DNA of 64,000 nucleotides from IMG/VR virus record IMGVR_UViG_2863357390_000001; one strand, given 5' to 3'. The number at the start of each line of letters is the position of its first letter. The first letter of the stretch is position 1. Both the position numbers and the translations under genes were made by a program. Shown piece by piece: positions 19,282 through 26,657 of the stretch. This DNA is from a virus (Duplodnaviria; Caudoviricetes). A model generated the notes under the pieces. That model did not search any database. It saw nothing but the letters and a program-made list of their open reading frames with translations, and was not told the DNA's origin.

Positions 19282-20168
19282 CCACCACGCTGACGATCCC
19301 GTTCACCGCCACCCTGGTGGCGCCGCTGCACCACGGCGCCGGCACCGCCGGCAACACCAGCCTCATCCGCACCCAGCGGATGGTCCGCCCCGACGGCACC
19401 GTAGCGCAGGTGCCGTTCGTGTCCGGGAACTCGCTGCGCCACGGCCTGCGCGCCGGCCTGGCCTGGCACGCCGTGCGCACCCTGGGCGTCGAGGACGGCG
19501 GCCTGTCCAAGGCCGTGGTCGACCTGCTGTGGTCCGGCGGCGCGATCACCCGCACCGGCTCCCAGACCGACCTCGCGCTGCTGCGCCGGGTCGAGCACCT
19601 GTACCCGCCGCTCGCCCTGATGGGGTACAGCGCCGCGGCCGACATGACCGCGGGCACCCTCGCCGTCGACCAGCTGCACCTGGTCTGCGCCGAGAACGCG
19701 TGGCGGCTGCCCGGGCGGCTGGCCGGCGACCCACGCGCCGCACGGCCGGCGTCGGCGTTCCGCGGCGAGGAATTCGGGACTCGCCACGACGTCGCCGGGA
19801 CCCCGGTCGACCGGTACACCGCGCTGGCCGACGAGCTGGTCCCCACCACCACCCAGATGATCTACGAGCACCAGGTCGTGCTGCCCGGTGCCGCCCTGTA
19901 CGGCGGGCTCGTGCTGACCCCGGCGGCCACCGACGCACAGCTCAGGGTCCTGCTCGTCGCCCTCGACGAGATCATGCCCGCCGACCGGGACGGCGTCCGC
20001 GTCCTGCAACTTGCCGCGAAGCGCGGCGTCGGCTACGGCACCTGCCGGGTCGACCTCGACCTGCCGGACGGCCTGCCCACCCCCGCCGACGCCCGCGCCT
20101 GGTGGGAAGCCCACCTCGTCGAGCACGCCGAGGAGATCACCGCCCTGTGGCAGGAGATCGTCGCGTGA
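19278..20168 (+). CDS. csf2: Type IV backbone Csf2 (Cas7-like)
   Basis: TLVAPLHHG, VPFVSGNSLRHGLR, LLWSGG, PPLALMG, GEEFGTRHD, QMIY, RGVGYG. Confidence 0.88.
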   Translation: MTTTLTIPFTATLVAPLHHGAGTAGNTSLIRTQRMVRPDGTVAQVPFVSGNSLRHGLRAGLAWHAVRTLGVEDGGLSKAVVDLLWSGGAITRTGSQTDLALLRRVEHLYPPLALMGYSAAADMTAGTLAVDQLHLVCAENAWRLPGRLAGDPRAARPASAFRGEEFGTRHDVAGTPVDRYTALADELVPTTTQMIYEHQVVLPGAALYGGLVLTPAATDAQLRVLLVALDEIMPADRDGVRVLQLAAKRGVGYGTCRVDLDLPDGLPTPADARAWWEAHLVEHAEEITALWQEIVA

Positions 20169-20878
20169 GCCCGGTCGTCCCCGCCGGCACCGTGGTCGAC
20201 ACCACCGACGACCCGCGCTGGCAGCCACTGGTCGTCACCGCGACCCTGACCGAGCCGGTCGTCGGCCTGGACTCGCAGCCGCTGTGCCTGGACGGGCCGC
20301 TGGCGTGGTGCGCCGCGCAGCTCGCCCTGGCCGACGAGGCCGGCCTGCCGCCGCTGCGGCACGACTGGGCACCCGACCTCGCCCTGCCCCTGGCCACGTG
20401 GACCGCCGCGCCCTCCCGGCCCGACACCGACTCGCGGCTGCGCGCCGCCGACGGCGAACGGGTGTGGGGGTGGGCGTGCTCGGCCGCGTCGTGGACCGCG
20501 CTCGGCCACACCACCGTCGAGATCCGCCGCCGTCCCCCGGTCGGAGAGATGGCCCGGTTCACCGCGGACGGCAAGCACCACTCCGGGTTGGGCCCGTACA
20601 AGGCCCGGGACACGCCGATGGCCGCGACCTGGGTCGACACGGTCGTCTGGCACGCCCTGGGCGACCCCGACGCCGTCGCCGGGCTGCTCGCCCACCTGGG
20701 ACACCTGGGCCGGGCGACCCGGCACGGCCACGGCCGCATCCAGACGATCACCGTCGAACCCGGCCGGGACCGGGACGCGTGGCGGTCCCGGCCGCTGCCC
20801 GACCCGACCGGCCCGGCCGGGTCGATCCGCGCCCCCTACCACCACCACTCCCGGAGGATGCCGTGCCGCACCCCGTGA
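20165..20878 (+). CDS. csf3: Type IV Csf3 (Cas5-like RAMP)
   Basis: PLVVTATL, LDGPLAW, LPLA, WACS, WHALGD, LGRATRHGHG. Confidence 0.8.
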   Translation: MSPVVPAGTVVDTTDDPRWQPLVVTATLTEPVVGLDSQPLCLDGPLAWCAAQLALADEAGLPPLRHDWAPDLALPLATWTAAPSRPDTDSRLRAADGERVWGWACSAASWTALGHTTVEIRRRPPVGEMARFTADGKHHSGLGPYKARDTPMAATWVDTVVWHALGDPDAVAGLLAHLGHLGRATRHGHGRIQTITVEPGRDRDAWRSRPLPDPTGPAGSIRAPYHHHSRRMPCRTP

Positions 20879-21768
20879 TCGCCTGGGACGGGCAGCCGGT
20901 CGGCGACCGCTACCCGGCGATGGACGTCGTCCCCGGCGTGCTGCCCTGGTCCACCCTGGACCAGGACTCCCGGCCGTGGCAGGACCGCAAGAAGCACTGG
21001 CACGACCTGGGCGTCCGCGACACCACGCCCCGCGACCACGCCGCGGGGATGATGACCACCGGACGGCACGGCGCCCTCTCGGGCGGGGTGTCGCGGTTCG
21101 ACCCGGTGCTCGCCGAGGTCCTGTACCGGTGGTACTGCCCGCCGGGCGGGCGGGTGCTCGACCCGTGCGCGGGCGGACCCGTACGCGGCCTGGTCGCCTC
21201 CCACCTGGGCCTGGAGTACGTCGGCGTCGACCTGGACGCCGACCAGGTCGACGCGAACACCGCCGTCGCGGCGGGTTCGCCGTACCCGTCCCCGGCCTGG
21301 TTCGCCGGGGACGCGCTGACCTACGCCTGGCCGGTCTCCGACGGGGACGCGGACATGGTGCTGACCTGCCCGCCCTACCACGACCGGGAGCGCTACTCCG
21401 ACGACCCCCGCGACCTGTCCACCATGGACTGGCCCGCGTTCCTCGACGCCCACCGCGCCGTGGTCGGCCGGGCCGCCGCGGCGCTGCGCGAGGACCGGTT
21501 CCTCGCGTGGGTGATCTCCGACGTCCGCGACCGGCACGGCCACCTGCGCGGCCTGCCCCGCCACGCCTGGCAGCACCTGGAGGACGCCGGACTGCACGTC
21601 GTCAACGAGCACGTGCTGCGTGCCCCGGTCGGCACCGCGCACAAACGCATGCGCCCGCCGTGGCAGGCGTGCCGCACCGCGACCCGCCGCCACCAGATCG
21701 TCCTGGTCGCGGTCAAGGGCGACCGGCGTGCCGCGACCCGCGCCGTGTCCGGGGGTGGCGGGTGCTGA
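20863..21768 (+). CDS. Amino (N6-A/N4-C) DNA methyltransferase-like protein
   Basis: SRFDPVLAE, VLDPCAGGPVRG (SAM-binding), DMVLTCPPY (catalytic); GGAGG RBS. Confidence 0.8.
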   Translation: MPHPVIAWDGQPVGDRYPAMDVVPGVLPWSTLDQDSRPWQDRKKHWHDLGVRDTTPRDHAAGMMTTGRHGALSGGVSRFDPVLAEVLYRWYCPPGGRVLDPCAGGPVRGLVASHLGLEYVGVDLDADQVDANTAVAAGSPYPSPAWFAGDALTYAWPVSDGDADMVLTCPPYHDRERYSDDPRDLSTMDWPAFLDAHRAVVGRAAAALREDRFLAWVISDVRDRHGHLRGLPRHAWQHLEDAGLHVVNEHVLRAPVGTAHKRMRPPWQACRTATRRHQIVLVAVKGDRRAATRAVSGGGGC

Positions 21769-22535
21769 TCGACTCGACCCGGATCACCGACCGCGACCGC
21801 GACCACTGGGACGCGCTGGAGCGCTACGACCGGATGCTCGCCGCCGACCCGGCCCTGGACCGCAAGGCCGAGAGCGCCGTCGCCGAGGTCCGGGCGTTCC
21901 TGGACGCGGGCGAGGCGTACGTGTCGGTGTCCTGGGGCAAGGACTCCGTCGTCGTCGCCCACCTGGCAGCCCTGGCCGAGCTGACGGTCCGGGTGGTGTG
22001 GGTCCGGTCGGTCCTGTTCGAGACCCCCGAGTGCGACGCGGTGCGCGACGCGTTCCTCGACGCCCACCCGCAGGTGCGCTACGAGGAGATCGCGGTCGAA
22101 ATGCGGAACCCGAAACGCGGCGAACCGGGCTACGACACCCGGCACGCCGACCCGCACGCCGACCACCAGGACGTCCTCCGGGAGACCCTGACCGGCCGGT
22201 GGATCTCCGGGCTGCGCGGCGAGGAGTCCCGGATGCGCCGCATGTCCATCGCCCACCGGGGCCTGTCCACGAAGAACACGTGCCGGCCGATCGGCCGGTG
22301 GGACGCCACGCACGTGTTCGCCTACCTGTGGCGCGAGAAACTCCCGGTGCACCCGGTGTACGCGATGACCGCCGGCGGACACTACGACCGCCGCTGGCTG
22401 CGGGTGCACCCGCTGGGGTCGGCACCCCCGGCCCGGTCCGCCGTGCACGGCCGGGACATGGACTCGTGGGAGGACGCCTACTACGGGGACGTGCTCGCCG
22501 CCGCGAGGCAGGCCCGCGCCCACCTGTGGCGGTGA
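21762..22535 (+). CDS. cysH: CysH/PAPS-reductase-family protein (type IV-B associated)
   Basis: SVSWGKDS PP-loop, GLRGEESRMR, RPIGRWDATHVFAYL. Confidence 0.85.
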   Translation: MLIDSTRITDRDRDHWDALERYDRMLAADPALDRKAESAVAEVRAFLDAGEAYVSVSWGKDSVVVAHLAALAELTVRVVWVRSVLFETPECDAVRDAFLDAHPQVRYEEIAVEMRNPKRGEPGYDTRHADPHADHQDVLRETLTGRWISGLRGEESRMRRMSIAHRGLSTKNTCRPIGRWDATHVFAYLWREKLPVHPVYAMTAGGHYDRRWLRVHPLGSAPPARSAVHGRDMDSWEDAYYGDVLAAARQARAHLWR

Positions 22536-22549
22536 CCGGCTGAACGACC

Positions 22550-22580
22550 AACGCCCCGCCCGACAACCGGGCGGGGCGTT
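22550..22580. terminator. Hairpin between convergent genes, ending the Cas operon
   Basis: AACGCCCCGCCCG-acaac-CGGGCGGGGCGTT, 13-bp perfect stem. Confidence 0.7.
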
Positions 22581-22598
22581 GCGCACGCCGGCGGAAGC

Positions 22599-23060
22599 TC
22601 AGGGGCCGTCGGGGTAGACGACGGCGCGGAGTGCCGCGGCACCGATCCTGTAGATGGCCTCGGCCGCGTCGTCGCTGTGGTCGATCCACCAGCGGGCATC
22701 GGTCCGACCGGTCAGCACCTCGCGCATGGCGTCGATCCAGACGTCGCAGAACGCCGGGGTGAATCCGTTGACGCCGATCGACGCGACCAGCTCTTCGACG
22801 TGGCGTTCGACAGCGGGCGCGGCCCTGCCTCGGATGGCTTCGGCCCAGGCGATCTGTTTGGTGCTGCCGGTGAGCGGGGGCAGGTCGAGGTCGGCGGTGA
22901 CCCGGGCGCCGGCGCGGTGTTCGGCGGCGGTGTGGCAGGCGAGGCAGGCGCGGCGTTCCTGGCGGCGGACTTCGCCGCGGTGTTGGTTGCGGACGTTGGT
23001 GCCGGTGATGTTGATGGTGTCCTCGTGTCCGCAGGTGCGGGTGATCGTGTACTGGGCCAT
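22599..23060 (-). CDS. Hypothetical protein with zinc-ribbon-like N-terminus
   Basis: GGAGG RBS; TCGH...CLAC; GSTKQIAWAEAIR. Confidence 0.65.
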   Translation of the reverse strand: MAQYTITRTCGHEDTINITGTNVRNQHRGEVRRQERRACLACHTAAEHRAGARVTADLDLPPLTGSTKQIAWAEAIRGRAAPAVERHVEELVASIGVNGFTPAFCDVWIDAMREVLTGRTDARWWIDHSDDAAEAIYRIGAAALRAVVYPDGP

Positions 23061-23083
23061 GGTGTCCTCCGTCGCTCACCCAA

Positions 23084-23128
23084 ACCGTACAAGTCATGCT
23101 TGCAATACACAAGTGGTGCTTGTACGGT
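23084..23128. promoter_or_regulatory. Overlapping divergent promoters with a 10-bp inverted repeat
   Basis: ACCGTACAAG...CTTGTACGGT; + TTGCAA-N17-TACGGT (+1 near ATG 23135); - TTGTGT-N17-TACGGT. Confidence 0.65.
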
Positions 23129-23134
23129 CGTGCC

Positions 23135-23719
23135 ATGCGATTCGACACCACCCGCCCCGCCGCCGCCTCGCCCCAGCACTACCACGCCACCCCACCCGAA
23201 CGACCGTTGCCCGAGTACGCCGAGCTGACCGACGACGAGTTCACGGCGCTGTACCGCGACACCCTCGGCCAGGGCGAAGCCCCCGCCGAGTACTTCGCCG
23301 CCGAGCTGCTCCGCCGATTCCCCGGCCTGCAGTTCGCCCACCGCCAGTACAAGGACTCGTTTCGCCGCGACATGGACGAAACCACCGCGACCGAGAAGGC
23401 CGCCGGCACGTGGAACGTGATGAAGGTCGTCCCGGTCGAGCCGTCGGAGCAGACGCAGCGACTCGCCGAGGCGTTCGCCGCGCTGGTCCGGGCGACCGCC
23501 TACGACGACGACACCAGCCTGCGCGCCCGACCCACCATCACCCTCGACGAGATCCTGGAACGCGCGCAGATCAAGCGCGACACCTGGCACGGCTACATCA
23601 GCCGCGGGCAGGTCGGCGGCAGGATCGGCCACGACTGGCACACCGGAGAGCCGGTATGGGACCGGGACGTGGTCGAGTACTGGATGCGCCGGCGCCGTAC
23701 CCCGGCCCGCAGCCGGTAG
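23135..23719 (+). CDS. Putative regulator with C-terminal AlpA/MerR-like HTH
   Basis: LDEILERAQIKRDTWHGYISRGQ...PVWDRDVVEYW. Confidence 0.55.
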   Translation: MRFDTTRPAAASPQHYHATPPERPLPEYAELTDDEFTALYRDTLGQGEAPAEYFAAELLRRFPGLQFAHRQYKDSFRRDMDETTATEKAAGTWNVMKVVPVEPSEQTQRLAEAFAALVRATAYDDDTSLRARPTITLDEILERAQIKRDTWHGYISRGQVGGRIGHDWHTGEPVWDRDVVEYWMRRRRTPARSR

Positions 23720-23739
23720 CCGCGCCCGCGAACAGACCT

Positions 23740-23773
23740 GTGCCCCGCCACCTCCGGGTGGCGGGGCACTTTC
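23740..23773 (+). terminator. Intrinsic terminator
   Basis: GTGCCCCGCCACC-tccg-GGTGGCGGGGCAC followed by TTTC. Confidence 0.7.
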
Positions 23774-23788
23774 GCTCGTCCCGATCCG

Positions 23789-24034
23789 TCAGTCGAGGGT
23801 GTCGCGCACCGATTCGGCGTGCTGGCGTGCCGACTGCTCGGCAACACTCGTCAGCCCGCCTCCGATAGCCGAGGCTTCGGCGTTCGTCAGCGAGATGGTG
23901 GCCCACTGCCCCCCGGCGTCGGAAATCCGAAGCCGCACGTCACCGCCGGCTTCGGGTGTGACCGAGAATTCGATCGGGCCTTTCCACAAGACAGGGCAGC
24001 TCGGCGGCCCGTATGGCCGTGGCGTGTCGCACAT
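23789..24034 (-). CDS. Hypothetical protein
   Basis: AGGAGG upstream. Confidence 0.45.
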   Translation of the reverse strand: MCDTPRPYGPPSCPVLWKGPIEFSVTPEAGGDVRLRISDAGGQWATISLTNAEASAIGGGLTSVAEQSARQHAESVRDTLD

Positions 24035-24065
24035 GGCGTCCTCCTGGTCCGAATCGGTCGTGCGG

Positions 24066-24590
24066 TCAAGCGCCCGAAACCTGTCCGGGGCGCGGAAAAC
24101 TCCCCGGCACCGGCCAGTGCTCGATGTCCCCGCCGTCGATCAGCCACAGGTGCCCGTCGACGTCGGCGTAGTTGTCCCGACAGGTCTGCGGCGCGGCCTG
24201 GCGGATCGCGGCGAGCCGGGCGGGATCGACTTCCGCGCCGCTGTCGGGCAGGTACGGCATCGCCACGACGACACACTCGAAGCCCCACTCGTCCAGCACC
24301 GTCCACAGCGTGGTCGGCGGTGCCCACGGGGCACCCGCTTGACGCCACGCGGTCAGCGCCTCGTGCTCGTACCGGTTGCCGGCGTCGCGCCCGACCTTGT
24401 AGACGACTCCGTCGATCAGCCACGCCACGCACCGCTCGCCCCGGCCGATCAACCGCTTGTGCAGGCGCGGATCGTCCTCGTGCGCGTCGTCGTGGAGCAT
24501 GAGCGAGATGTCGTGGTCGTCGTAGTCGTGGTAGCCCAGTGCCGCCGAGGCCGCGTCGCGCCGGTTTCCGACGGGGCGGTCAGACCTCAA
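24066..24590 (-). CDS. Minimal protein-kinase-like protein
   Basis: IGRGERCVAWLIDGVVYKV, N.YE, AMPYL, DN...WLIDGG; TTG start inferred. Confidence 0.45.
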   Translation of the reverse strand: MRSDRPVGNRRDAASAALGYHDYDDHDISLMLHDDAHEDDPRLHKRLIGRGERCVAWLIDGVVYKVGRDAGNRYEHEALTAWRQAGAPWAPPTTLWTVLDEWGFECVVVAMPYLPDSGAEVDPARLAAIRQAAPQTCRDNYADVDGHLWLIDGGDIEHWPVPGSFPRPGQVSGA

Positions 24591-25312
24591 AGGATCTCCC
24601 CCCACAGGCTCTCCGCGGTCACCTCGTCGGTGATGTGGCCGTCGTTCCGCAGGCTGGTGCGGGCGGGGCTGGTCATCGTCAGCACCAGCGGCTGCTGCTG
24701 CCGGACCTCCTCGACCGTCATCCCGGCCACCTCCGCGATCTGCTCCACGGTCAGCGGGCACGGCTCGAGCGTGCGTACCCGACGCACGGCGTACCGGCGG
24801 GCCGCGAAGGCCTCCAGCAGCCCGGTTCGGTCCGGACGCGCGTACGAGGAGGCGACCCGGTCGGCTTCCGCGCGCAGCAGTGCCAGCGAGTCGGCGTGGG
24901 CCTCGGCCCGCGCACGCTGTTCGGCCTCGCGTTCCCTCTCGTGGAGGGCCTGGTCCAGGCGGGCCCGGGCGACGACCGTCACGAGCGCGTCCAGGACCTG
25001 GTCGGGGTCGGACAGGTCGAAGCCGTACTCCCAGCGGCGCGTCCCGTAGACGTACGGGTGGTCCGGGTCGTCGTTGTGGTTCTCCTCGGTCAGATGCGGC
25101 GCCGCGGCCTGCACCCAGTCCAGGCGTTCCGTGCCGACCACGCCGGCCTGGCCGGTCTCGACCAGCTCCTGCTGGTGCCAGGCGGCCAGGACGGTGACGC
25201 CGTCGGCCAGGGTCGCGCGCAGCCGCCACCGGGTGCGCGGGAGCGGTGCCTCCTCGACGATGCGGTGGGCGAGGGCGACGAGTTCGCCACGGCCCTCGGG
25301 CGTGTCGGTCAT
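24587..25312 (-). CDS. Hypothetical protein with possible C-terminal HTH
   Basis: LTVEQIAEVAGMTVEEV. Confidence 0.55.
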   Translation of the reverse strand: MTDTPEGRGELVALAHRIVEEAPLPRTRWRLRATLADGVTVLAAWHQQELVETGQAGVVGTERLDWVQAAAPHLTEENHNDDPDHPYVYGTRRWEYGFDLSDPDQVLDALVTVVARARLDQALHEREREAEQRARAEAHADSLALLRAEADRVASSYARPDRTGLLEAFAARRYAVRRVRTLEPCPLTVEQIAEVAGMTVEEVRQQQPLVLTMTSPARTSLRNDGHITDEVTAESLWGEIL

Positions 25313-25465
25313 GGAGTGTCCTCTCGGTGGTCGTCGGGGTGTCGGGTGGTGACGTCGGCGCGCGGCGCGGTCACGCGGTCCTCTCGGCGGTGTCCTCGGC
25401 GCGGCCGCGGATGTCCACGTCGGCGCGCGCGTACTCCTGCTGGACGTCCGAGGACGCCAACGGCA

Positions 25466-25864
25466 TCAGTTCGCCTCCAGCCAGCCGAGCACGGTGGACC
25501 GCTCCACCCCGGCCCGGCGGGCGAACGCGCCGGGCGAGTCCGGGTTGTGCCGCCCACGGACACCGACCCGGACGGTCATCACGGCGACTTGGCGCAGCGC
25601 GGCCAGCGCTTCGATCTCGGCCCGGCGTGCCCTGGTCCGCTCGGCCGCGAGGGTTTCGACGAGGTCGTCCTCGCCGAGCAGGACGCGGTAGGCGGCGGTG
25701 AGCGCGGCGGTGCGTTCGTCCTCGTTGTCGGGGTCGGGCCACGTGGCGGCGATCCGGTCGGCCTCGTCGCGCAGCCGTGCGAGCCGTTCGTCGTCGAGGC
25801 CGTGGTCGTCGCCGAGCCACGCCTCGATCTGGTAGTCCTGCACGGGTCGGGGGGTGTCAGTCAT
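25466..25864 (-). CDS. Hypothetical actinophage protein with C-terminal HTH-like tail
   Basis: IEAWLG...AFARRAGVERSTVLGWL. Confidence 0.6.
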   Translation of the reverse strand: MTDTPRPVQDYQIEAWLGDDHGLDDERLARLRDEADRIAATWPDPDNEDERTAALTAAYRVLLGEDDLVETLAAERTRARRAEIEALAALRQVAVMTVRVGVRGRHNPDSPGAFARRAGVERSTVLGWLEAN

Positions 25865-26204
25865 CGTCTTCCTCGTCGTCGATGGTGTCGCAGGCGAAGC
25901 AGTCGCACGGGTAGTCGGCGACGGGGCCGCCGACCGCCCGTGCGAACGCGTCGCCCTCCTCGGTGCGGTGTCCGGCCGGGGCGTGGAAGACCCCGACCTG
26001 GGTGTCCGCGGCCCGATAGAGGGCGCGGGCGAGCCCTTCGCCGCGTCGGTCGGATCGGGTCTCGATGTTGGCGATCTCGTGGGTGTCGACGAAGACGTAC
26101 AGCTCGGCGGCGACACCTCGACCGTCGAGGATTTCCCAGATGAGGTACCGGCCCCCGTCTCCGAGGTAGTCGCCGGCGCGTCGGGCGATCGTCTCCGTCA
26201 TCAT
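25857..26204 (-). CDS. GNAT-like acetyltransferase
   Basis: IANIETRSDRRGEGLARALY (motif A), GDAFA. Confidence 0.55.
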   Translation of the reverse strand: MMTETIARRAGDYLGDGGRYLIWEILDGRGVAAELYVFVDTHEIANIETRSDRRGEGLARALYRAADTQVGVFHAPAGHRTEEGDAFARAVGGPVADYPCDCFACDTIDDEEDDD

Positions 26205-26247
26205 GTTGTACACACTACATGACTCATGCGGTGTGCACAACATGATG
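26199..26247 (-). promoter_or_regulatory. Leftward promoter (TTGTGC-N17-TAGTGT) inside a 17-bp inverted repeat
   Basis: CATCATGTTGTACACAC...GTGTGCACAACATGATG (16/17); +1 near ATG 26204. Confidence 0.6.
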
Positions 26248-26345
26248 GTTGCCGCTGGACGCAGCGTCCCGACCACATCATTCGGTCTCCGGACGGCACT
26301 GGCCCACCATGGCTTCGAGGCCGGCGCGCGTCGGTGTGCAGAGAT

Positions 26346-26657
26346 CTACTCGCCGTCGCCGTTCCCGTGGTCGCGGTACCACCGCAGCCACGACCAGGGC
26401 CTCACCCACACACCCCACGGCATCATCGACTCCTCGGTCCCGGTCAACCCCGCGACCCCGACCTCGATCAGCCGCATCCCGCCCAGGACGACCACCACGA
26501 CCGCGGGCGCGACGGCCGGGGCCAGCCACCACGGCCACCGGACGTCCCGGGCCACGTCGGACCACCTGTCCGCCTCGACCGCGACGACCACGCACCACCC
26601 CAGGCCCAAGGCCGCGCTGACGGTTTCCCTGAGCAGCTCCCGGTTCGTCTTCTTCAC
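26346..26657 (-). CDS. Small membrane protein
   Basis: GTGA overlap with the cas8e stop; AGGAG RBS; hydrophobic segments. Confidence 0.5.
   Translation of the reverse strand: MKKTNRELLRETVSAALGLGWCVVVAVEADRWSDVARDVRWPWWLAPAVAPAVVVVVLGGMRLIEVGVAGLTGTEESMMPWGVWVRPWSWLRWYRDHGNGDGE

Noticed and set aside
1523-22543. Many long Arg/Pro-rich alternative-frame ORFs (e.g. 5' parts of 1523-2962, 11173-12924, 19247-20878, 20011-21768)
   Set aside because: They are off-frame readings of real genes; only the 3' segments with an RBS or coupled start were kept.
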